Positions 19,721-28,453 of a DNA stretch of 32,000 nt are shown piece by piece (the stretch's first letter is position 1; each line of letters opens with the position of its first letter). Origin of the DNA: Wolbachia endosymbiont strain TRS of Brugia malayi. Its GTDB lineage: Bacteria; Pseudomonadota; Alphaproteobacteria; Rickettsiales; Anaplasmataceae. Below the pieces are notes generated by a model. That model saw only the letters and a list, made by a program, of their open reading frames with translations. It was not told the DNA's origin and ran no database searches. The position numbers and the translations under genes were made by a program. The stretch is from assembly GCF_000008385.1 (NCBI RefSeq), contig NC_006833.1:90001-122000 (forward strand). The letters run 5' to 3'.

Positions 19721-20948
19721 ATGAATCAAAAAATAGGGAACAGAACTACTGGACTGGTAGATTATAAAGGACTAGAAACAAATATCCTGTCATCTATTAA
19801 GAGAAGGCAGGCCATTGACTGGAAGAGATAGGGTATTAACATCATTGAGAAAAAGTTGCTGGAAGCAAGCCTGGAAGGTGAAATAAAAAATCACTTATCC
19901 TCTGAAAGTGAAGAGAACAATCGAAAGAATGGGAAAATTCAAAGACTTTACGGACAAGTGCAGGTTCATTTGAGCTGTTAACACCAATAGATAGAGAGAA
20001 AAGCTTTGAACCTCAAAAAGTCAAACAAGCCTGTATCCAGAACTTGAAGCAAAGGTCTTAAGTACATACGCCAGTAGCATGAGGTACAGAGATATAGCAT
20101 TGCATGTAGAGGAAATTGGTATGATCGCAAAATATCTGCAGCGGAGGTATCAGTATTACTGACAAATTATTACCTATAATCAATGAATAGCGTAGTTGTC
20201 CACTACAATCTATATATCCAATAGTGTTTATAGATGGCCTATTTTTTGAGGTCAAGGAGGATGAACATTGCGTGAGTAAATGTGTGTACAACATATTAGG
20301 AATAGACCAAAATGGCAGAAAAGAAGTTTTGGGCTTTTATTTGGCTGAAAGCAAGAAGCTAGCTTCCGGTTGGGAGTACTAAATGACCTAATAAAGAGAG
20401 AGGTGTAGAGGATATTCTAATAGCTTGTGTTTTGATGGTCTAAAAAGCTTTTCTACAGCCATGAGTAGCGTATTTCCTAACGCAGAAGTACAGTTATGTG
20501 CAGTACATCGGATAAGAAATTCACTGAAATATGTATCGAGCAAAGATGTGAAGATTTCCATGAATGATCTAAAAAAGTATATCAGGCTTCAGGTGGAGAA
20601 ATCACGAGAATTATTTGCTTAAGCTAGAAGAGAAATGGGGAGAAAAGTACCCGTTAGTTGTGAAGTCTTGGCAAAATAATTGAGAAAATTTATCTAATTA
20701 TTTCAAGTATTCTGGTCTAGTAAGGAAGTTGATTTATACCATAAATCCTATTGAGAGATTGCACAGACAGATCAAAAAATTTACTAAAGTCAAGGATTCA
20801 TTTACGGCACAAATGCCTTGTACAAACAGGTATATTATGCTATAAAGAAGGCAGAGTAAGATTGGACTATAGCTATACCTAATTGAGTTTAACTATATTT
20901 CAACTTGATATCTTTTTCTTTGGTGGATTAAAAATCGAGTTGAATTAA
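19721..20948 (+). mobile_element. IS256-family (mutator-type) transposase remnant
   Basis: Fragments in several frames: LEASLEGEIKNHLSSESEENNRKNGK; QKEVLGFYLAESK-like; DGLKSFSTAMSSVFPNAEVQLCAVHRIRNSLKYVSSKDVKISMNDLKKY; TNPIERLHRQIKKFTK-like; TIFQLDIFFFGGLKIELN then stop. Confidence 0.85.
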
Positions 20949-21714
20949 AAAATGTGGTTTAATATACTTCTTTGAACATTACCTCTTGTTCTTTAATTAT
21001 CTTTTAACTTTTATATGTTATTTAATATAGATTGATACCTTAAGTTCAAGGTGAGAAGATTATTTATTTTAGTTGTATTGTCTAACTTTTCTTCAGTATA
21101 ACCGTGTTTTGGAGTTAATTGGATTAAAGATGGATCTTACTACACTTTATTGTCTTATTACTCTGGCAGTGAAAAATACGTAGGCCATCGCACCGGCTAT
21201 CACTATACAGACAACATTAAAATTTTAGCTGCGTATATGATGTTATCACTTCCTGGGTACTCTTTTACAGAAGGAAAAAAAGTGGACTTCTTATAGAACT
21301 CCATTACCATCACAGAATTGAGTACATAGATATCACTCTCTATCACTTATAATATGGGTGTTTCTGATACTGCGTCTATCAAATATCCTGGCATGGAAGA
21401 AATTGAACTTTGTAATCATATAACGATTATACAAATGTTTATCTACCGCTTGAGAGAAGAGAAATTGAGTATTTTGGTTTCTCTTTCTCTTGTCAGATGA
21501 GTTTTGGTATTGATCTCCGCTTTCTTCAAGAACAAGCCTCTTTGCTGGTTGCAGATTATAATGATTTCAAAAATTCTCTCACGTAGTCGAATTTGGAATA
21601 AAGATTTAACCTGTAAGAAGGTGTTACAATTATGCAACACCTTCTCAAGAAGAGTATTATTTAGTTTACTGTCATTAACGTCCCGTTCAGTGGTTTTGCA
21701 GTACTAGCTAACAT

Positions 21715-22182
21715 CTACATAAAGTTTTGTGCCTGGTGTGTTTGATTCATCAAGTTTTGTGCTGATATATCTGACAAGCTCCTTTGTCTCTCCCTTCCAC
21801 TTTTAACTCCCTGATAGATACAAAATGTAATAAAACTAATCGCCGCTAATGTAATAACACTTGCTATGATACAACAAGTCAACATTATTTTTTCTTGTTC
21901 TCCTACTGTTTCTATGAGTGTTCCCGCTTTTTCTTCCAAACCTGTAAATTTCTTCTGCAAGCCATTTAAGTACTCCTGCATACTTTGAAACTGCTCAGTG
22001 CCGATCTTTTCCTCTAATGCACTAAATACCTTTTCAAACTGCTCAGTGTTAACCTTTTGAGCTTCTTGCCATTTTTTTAATGCACTGAATATCCTTTGAA
22101 ACTGTTCAGCATCGATTTTTTGACTTTCCTGCAATTCTGTTACACCTAACCAATCGCATAAAATTCCTTTTACCATTTTCAT
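21715..22182 (-). CDS. Hypothetical coiled-coil protein with internal repeats and C-terminal transmembrane helix
   Basis: Repeated QKIDAEQFQRIFSALKKWQEA / QKVNTEQFEKVFSALEEK / IGTEQFQSMQEYLNGLQKK, then IMLTCCIIASVITLAAISFITFCIY. Confidence 0.65.
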   Translation of the reverse strand: MKMVKGILCDWLGVTELQESQKIDAEQFQRIFSALKKWQEAQKVNTEQFEKVFSALEEKIGTEQFQSMQEYLNGLQKKFTGLEEKAGTLIETVGEQEKIMLTCCIIASVITLAAISFITFCIYQGVKSGRERQRSLSDISAQNLMNQTHQAQNFM

Positions 22183-22399
22183 CCCCTAGCTAATTAATAT
22201 ACTATAATTTTACATTTCAAATGTTTAAATTATTATTAAATTGACTATTTACAAAATATAAAGATCTTTATATCAAGAAACGTCATTATGACCAACTCTT
22301 TGATTATCGATTTCCTGTCCCTGGATAAGGTACTCACTTCCATTTTTAATAAAATTAACATCACATGATTGAAACATATCTCTTAATTCACAGTTAAAA

Positions 22400-23060
22400 G
22401 TAAGTTAAGCGATGTTCTGTTCGAAGAGATAAGATTTATCAGGCTTAAAATAGAATACTATACACATTGTGTCTTTATCAGGTCTAGCTTAGATTAGTCT
22501 TCGATCTTTTCTTTCCCTAGCTTCTTCAAATCTTGCTTTTATTTCGTTCTGATTAAGTATATTCTGCTTATACTTATCACAGATCTTTTTAATATAAGCG
22601 AATCTATAATAGCAATTATATCATTGCCATTTTTATTAGCTAAAACCCCATTTAGGTAGTGTTATATCACTTCCTATTGCCTTTTTGTTCCTCATCTTTT
22701 CCATAAAGTTTTTTTCTCTGTTCTTTATATTTATCATTATGAACTACTCCTTCTTCCGTTTGAGATCCTTTTTGCTCACATAGCATATAATAAGTTGCAA
22801 TATACCTAAAGATGTCAACCTCAATTGCAAAATATATCCTTCCCTCAGACTTCTTACTGTGCATATCATGAAAATAATCTTGAATGCTTATTATATCCTT
22901 TCCACCTATCTTTCACCCTTGATCAATTTCTTTCCAATAAGAGTCATATTCAAGGGCATATAGATCAATGACATTTATTCTCATCTACCCCTTTAAATTT
23001 ATCCATCAATTCCTTGATTTGGCCTGATTTAAACCCTGGTCCGTTTATAACCGAAAAAAT
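22400..23060 (-). pseudogene. Decayed hypothetical gene
   Basis: Minus-strand fragments DIFSVINGPGFKSGQIKELMDKFKGVDENK; VIDLYALEYDSYWKEIDQG(stop)KIGGKDIISIQDYFHDMHSKKSEGRIYFAIEVDIFRYIATYYMLCEQKG; ICDKYKQNILNQNEIKARFEEARERKDRR. One in-frame TGA plus frame changes. Confidence 0.45.
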
Positions 23061-23407
23061 ATCTCTATCTTTGCTAGTTCCTTATTTATATTTAATTAAT
23101 ATATTAACATAATGAATTTGCTATTCTTGTCATCCTGCAACATTTTTTCGGTGTCTTTTGGAACCAACGTTACAATAATTAGCACTTTGTTAGGTAAAAT
23201 TTTTAATTTTTTATCTATGCTCATAAAATTTCTAATAATACTTACTATACTATATAATATAATAAAATTATTAATAGTTAGATGTCCAAGAAAAACAATA
23301 AGGCGTAAGTCTTTGGGAGCAGTATTGTATGCTCCCATACTTGCTTTCAGAAGCAAGTTTTGAGAGAATTCTAGTTTGCTTTCTTACTCAATACAAAAGA
23401 ATGAAGT

Positions 23408-23436
23408 TTGAAATAAATATTTTTGTGTTATATTAT
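23408..23436 (+). promoter_or_regulatory. Sigma70-type promoter TTGAAA-N17-TATTAT upstream of rplY
   Basis: TTGAAA 23408-23413, TATTAT 23431-23436; the rplY ATG at 23479 is preceded by AGGAG. Confidence 0.6.
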
Positions 23437-23478
23437 TACTAAATCATCCTAAAAGGATTGGCTGAATAGGAGTAATCA

Positions 23479-24093
23479 ATGACGCAACAAGAAATGATAA
23501 CAATTAACGCAGAATTGCGTGATGTAACAAAAACAAAAGCAATACGTTCTCTAAGAAAGAAAGGGAACATACCTGCAGTTGTATATGGTAAAGGGCATAA
23601 TAATGTGAATTTAACATTGTCTGCAAAGGAATTCACGAAGCAATATAAGTTAGGTTTCCTTTCTGCACATGTGATAGAACTTGATATTTCAGGCAAAAAG
23701 GAATATGCCCTCGTTCGTGATATTCAATGGCATGTAGTAAAAGATACTATACAGCATGTTGATTTTCAATTTGTTGATAAAGGTAGTGAAATTAAAATAG
23801 ACATACCTCTATCATTTGTGAATGAAAGCAAATCTCCAGGAATCAAACTGGGCGGAGTACTCAACGTTTTATGTCGCTCTATCACTGTTAAATGTTCTCC
23901 TGACAAAATACCTCAGGCTATAGAAGTAGATTTATCGGGTAAAATGATTGGCCAGTCTGTACATATAAGTGATGTAAAATTGCCAGGAGGTGTTAAACTT
24001 GCAGCGCACGAAGAAGAAAACTTTACCGTTGTCACAATTTCTGCTGCTGATAGTGGCGTTGAGGAGTCTCAGGTGGAAACAACAGAGGAATAG
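23479..24093 (+). CDS. rplY: 50S ribosomal protein L25 / general stress protein Ctc
   Basis: INAELRDVTKTKAIRSLRKKGNIPAVVYGKGHNNVNLTLSAKEF; VQFVDKGSEIKIDIPLSFVNESKSPGIKLGGVLN. Confidence 0.94.
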   Translation: MTQQEMITINAELRDVTKTKAIRSLRKKGNIPAVVYGKGHNNVNLTLSAKEFTKQYKLGFLSAHVIELDISGKKEYALVRDIQWHVVKDTIQHVDFQFVDKGSEIKIDIPLSFVNESKSPGIKLGGVLNVLCRSITVKCSPDKIPQAIEVDLSGKMIGQSVHISDVKLPGGVKLAAHEEENFTVVTISAADSGVEESQVETTEE

Positions 24094-24641
24094 TGCATCT
24101 GATAGTTGGGCTTGGTAACCCCGGTAGTCAATATGAGCTGACTTATCACAACATTGGTTTTATCATTGTTGATGCAATTTGCAAGCATTGGAATTTTCAG
24201 TCTTTCTCTAAGAAAGCAGATTGCCTGATAACCTCTAGCGTAATTAATGATAATAAAATTATGTTAATGAAGCCTTATTCGTTTATGAATAATTCAGGCA
24301 TTCCTGTTGCAAGAATACGAAACTTTTACAAATTTTCGCTAGATAACGTCATTGTTATACATGATGATGCTGATCTAGAACCTGGCAGAATAAAAATAAA
24401 GAAGGGTGGTGGTTCTGCTGGACATAATGGACTTAAATCTATAGATAGTTCTATTGGTAACGATTATTGGCGCTTGAGATTTGGGATAGGCAGATCTGAC
24501 AGTCAAAGAAGTCTAGCAGATTACGTATTATCAAAATTTTCCAATCTTGATGATGTTATTCCCTTAGTAGAAAGAATAGCTCAAAACATACACTTAATGC
24601 TGCAAGGAAATAATATAGCTTTTACCAACTCAATTGTATGA
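24093..24641 (+). CDS. pth: Peptidyl-tRNA hydrolase
   Basis: LIVGLGNPGSQYELTYHNIGFIIVDAI, LMKPYSFMNNSG, VIHDDADLEPGRIKIKKGGGSAGHNGLKSID and RLRFGIGR. Confidence 0.95.
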   Translation: MHLIVGLGNPGSQYELTYHNIGFIIVDAICKHWNFQSFSKKADCLITSSVINDNKIMLMKPYSFMNNSGIPVARIRNFYKFSLDNVIVIHDDADLEPGRIKIKKGGGSAGHNGLKSIDSSIGNDYWRLRFGIGRSDSQRSLADYVLSKFSNLDDVIPLVERIAQNIHLMLQGNNIAFTNSIV

Positions 24642-24948
24642 TATGACAAGGTTGTTTTGTGTAATTTAAACAACACTTTATTGTATCAGGCTCATTTCAA
24701 GTATAGATACTTTCATCTAATTAAAATCTTAATTATTATTAATATTATATTAATAAAAACTTAATAGTAATTCTTAATAATATAAGAATTAATAAGAATT
24801 AACATGTTCACAATTTTATATTATAGAGGAAACAGAAGAGTATTTTCTTAGAATAGGAGTGCAAAGAAATAGAGCTAAGTTCAGAGTAACTTAGAGATTC
24901 TAACTATATGTCAGGTTTACTTTCTGATATTATAGGAAGGGAGAAGGA

Positions 24949-26149
24949 ATGGCGAAACTAGGTAAAACTATGCAATTATAGGTAACTGGAGAGTTAATTA
25001 AGAAATTAGTTGATTTAGAAGTAACCCTTAATGCCCGTGGTCAAGATGGGCATACCCCTTTATATGTTGCAATTTGGGAGGGCAATGTCAAAGTTACAAA
25101 ACCACTGGTAAAGTACAGTGTAAACGTTAATAGTAAGGATGAACGTAATTGTACGCTACTTCATATTGGAATCGGGTGTAAACAGCTAGAGATAGTGAAG
25201 TTGCTAATAGAAAATGGAGCAAACGTTAATGCAAAAACTAAAAATCATGGTAAAGATGATTTAACACCAATACACCTTGCAATCTTTGTAAATACGCTGG
25301 AGTTTATAGAATGACTAAGCAACAATGGTGCAATAATTAGTGAGAAAGAAAGTACTGAAGGACATACCCCTCTTCACCTTGCTGTTTTATACGGGAATAG
25401 AGGAATAATACAAGCCTTAGTTGATAAGGAAATGTAGATAAAATAATGGGTGCATAACTCTATACTTTAGCTGTTAGGCAATATACTGAAGTAGAAAATG
25501 ACAGCAGAATAGAAGTTATCGAGTATCTGATAAACGAACTCAAAGCAGATATGGCAAAGTAAAGGTAATAACAACAATATAGCACTTTTTCTTGCTGCTA
25601 ATAATTGTCCTGGGAAAGTAATAAGGCTTGTCATCGAACAACATTATAGAAAGTTTTGGTAGGGATCAATTGGAGAATTTTATCAACTATAAAAATAAAA
25701 TTGGAATAGGTGCTTTGGACATTGCACTCAATAGTGGGAACAAGAAAGCTATTGAAGTATTGAAATCATATGGAGCAGACATTGAGAATAGGGTAGACGG
25801 CGAGAGCCGCTTACTTCGTGCATTGAAAGAAGGTAATATAGAAAAAATGGAGCTTCTTTTAAGCTAGAGGGCAAACATTAATATAAAGAATGAAAAAGGG
25901 CTTACTTTTTTAGGTCTTACAATACAGAAAAACGGTCAAAGTATGGTTCAATTTCTAAAAGAAAATAGAGCAAAGAGAAGTTTAGAAATAGATAGTACAG
26001 TAATTACGCTAGCTATTATAACCCTCAGTTTGGCACTAGTGGTATATTCTGTTATAAAAGGCGTTCAAAAAGTTGCTGCAAAAAAAACAGATAACATTCT
26101 CAGTGAAGTAGAGAGTCAAAAAGTAGTATCTCCAAGGCAAAAAGTATAA
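24949..26149 (+). pseudogene. Ankyrin-repeat protein gene, disrupted, with C-terminal TM segment
   Basis: ATG 24949 with a strong RBS (GGAAGGGAGAAGG), then ankyrin units DGHTPLYVAIWEGNVKVTKPLVKYSVNVNSKDERNCTLLHIGIGCKQLEIVKLLIENGANVNAKT..., EGHTPLHLAVLYGNRGIIQALVDKE and GIGALDIALNSGNKKAIEVLKSYGADIE; ends with a TM helix in ORF 25943-26149. Several in-frame stops and at least one frameshift. Confidence 0.8.
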
Positions 26150-26556
26150 GGTTTTTTATAAAATAATCAGTAAATCGCGGAAAGCCATAGTGATTTATAG
26201 ATTTCTTATTGCCATGCTTTTGTAGTATGATATACTAATATTAAAATAGATGTGTAATATGTTAATAGGCGAAAATAATGATCAACAGCAAAATAGGATA
26301 AATAGAGCAAATACCATAATGGAAAAATATGAAACGCTTATAACAATACTGGTGAAATCAAAAAATCTATCAATATAATTTTGCTAGTAAGTATAATTCC
26401 TCTACTTTTTCTTCTTATATAGTTCTTTTTATATTAAGGTTAGCAAATTATTTTTTAAAACAGGAAGAAAATGAAGCAAAATTATCAGCCTGGTCAAAAA
26501 ATGTCATTAGGGTAATATTAAAAACTGTTTTAATCATATGCATTATTCCTTTCTAT

Positions 26557-26988
26557 GTGTTTTTAGCATTGCCTGCATTGTTCTTGTGGTTGCTGAACTG
26601 GACTCTCGTTAAAGAAATATGGCGATTTAACGACTTAATGCAAGAAGCTCCAGAAGAAGAAAGGCAGCTTATCATATACAGGTTAGTTGATACCCTTCCT
26701 TTTATTACACAAACTACCTATGATCTAAGTGCAGTTGCTAGTGTAAATTTAAGTGTTAATAAACTAATAGAGAAGTATGGAGAAAATCTAAGCAAGGATG
26801 GATTCTATACACAGTTAAATAGAGAAAATACAACTAACATTGAAGGATACATTAAACAGTCAAATGAATTTAAAGCAGAAGAAAAGTCTCATGCACTAAA
26901 ATGCTTGGGATTTATCAATAGAATAGAAGATAAATTTCAAGACAATTGTAGTAAGTTAACGCTAAAGCAAGCAGATATTTTGTATTGA
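26557..26988 (+). CDS. Hypothetical membrane protein, probably a 5'-truncated remnant
   Basis: The open frame extends upstream of the first start (LANYFLKQEENEAKLSAWSKNVIRVILKTVLIICIIPFYVFLALPALFLWLLNWTLVKEIWRF), which suggests the real N-terminus is lost or shifted. Confidence 0.45.
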   Translation: MFLALPALFLWLLNWTLVKEIWRFNDLMQEAPEEERQLIIYRLVDTLPFITQTTYDLSAVASVNLSVNKLIEKYGENLSKDGFYTQLNRENTTNIEGYIKQSNEFKAEEKSHALKCLGFINRIEDKFQDNCSKLTLKQADILY

Positions 26989-27786
26989 AAAGCCTACAAC
27001 GATAGAGACACAAGAATAGCAGAACAAGGAGTTCCTTTAAGTGATGAAAATGTAAAAGATAGGAAGAATATGTTTGTTAAGAGGTTTAATAGATGCAGCA
27101 ACAACTTATGGTGATCAAGGTCAAGGTTGTGCCGGTGGGACATACAATAAACTGTTTAAGTCTTTGTCTGGTTTACATCCATTAGTAGTTATCACACTAG
27201 ATCGACAGGAGGTCAGTAAATGACAAAAGAGGCAATTACTCTGGGATCTTCTGAAATGGCTAGGGAAAATCTTGGTAATTTTTCTAAAGAAGAGCAAGAA
27301 AAGATTAGTATGAATTACCTAAATTATCGCCTGAAATAGTAAGGCATATTATAGCCACATGCTTAGCTCTTAAGGAAAAGTGTCAGAGGTTTAACAACAA
27401 GCTGGATAGTGATACAAGAAAGGAGATATTAGAAACATGTATGGGTAATTTGCCCTATATTCCACTAGGTAATCCTTCAAATGAAATGACTAGATAAATT
27501 ATATTTCATTCAAGTTATTCATCTTGAAGCATAAAATAGGGTTTTGCATAATTATTTTAATTTGGGCCTATGTATTAAAATAACGTGCGAAATCGCAGTA
27601 TGCAGGTAAGTTAATATGCTTCTATACTTACACGTCACAACCACAGCTGTATGAACATTTATTTTGTGAGATAACTCACGCAACAAAGGCGTCATTCCAG
27701 CACGTGAAGCTGGTACAGTTCGTCATATCACGATTCATTTGTGGTATCTCTAGATTCCGCTAACAAGCAGCTGTTGTCAGTAAATT

Positions 27787-28068
27787 TTCAGCTACAAATA
27801 TTTAAGAAATCCACCAAGTAAGAAAAAGACAAAAGAAGCCCTAGTTAATATCTATTTAAAAACACTAGCGTTTTTTTATGTTTTAAATACTTAGTAATCG
27901 CGACTTAGTTGTTTTTTATTGCAACTAACCTTTAGTCATAAATGTTTTAGAAATTTACTAGGCAAAAAAAAGGCAAAAGATATATTATGGTGATAGTATT
28001 TACTCTCTAATCCTGCAAATTAGTATATTATACTGTCCTAAACGCTTTATAAGCGAGTTTCAACTTAT
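27787..28068. repeat. Copy B of the intergenic repeat (see 12761-12900), with an inserted spacer
   Basis: 27787-27834 matches 12761-12808 and 28037-28068 matches 12869-12900. The two halves are ~200 bp apart here but ~60 bp apart in copy A. Confidence 0.55.
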
Positions 28069-28213
28069 ATAGGTAAAAAATTAGAAATATTGTGAAGACA
28101 TAAGGTACATATAGTGCAAAAAATTAAACATAAGATGCTAACTATATAACACTTTATTATTTTAATCTGCACAGATTGAAGGTAACTTAATACCTCCAGT
28201 ATCGGGATAAGGG

Positions 28214-28242
28214 GGCTAGCGAGGTTTGTCAAGTAGTTTTTT
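28214..28242 (+). repeat. 29-bp dispersed repeat, inverted partner at 31907-31935
   Basis: GGCTAGCGAGGTTTGTCAAGTAGTTTTTT vs reverse complement of 31907-31935 GGCTAGCGAAGCTTGTCAAGTAGTTTTTT (2 mismatches). Confidence 0.8.
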
Positions 28243-28453
28243 CGGCTTACCTAAATGATGGCCAGGCAAAAATTGTATGGTTTGCAAGAAGTTTAATCTA
28301 AACTTGGTTTGTAATGCTGTATTTACACACCAATTTCTTTACAATAAGCTCCATACACAGGGCTTTCAGCTATAACAGACTGCTGGATTTTAATTTTTTT
28401 AATAATTGTACACTACTAACTATATAAGTTCCCATTTGCAAAGAGAGTAGAAG

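Noticed and set aside
23096-23363. Overlapping ORFs 23112-23363 (+) and 23096-23356 (-) as real genes
   Set aside because: Both strands are open over the same short AT-rich stretch, neither has a recognisable domain, and I cannot decide between them.
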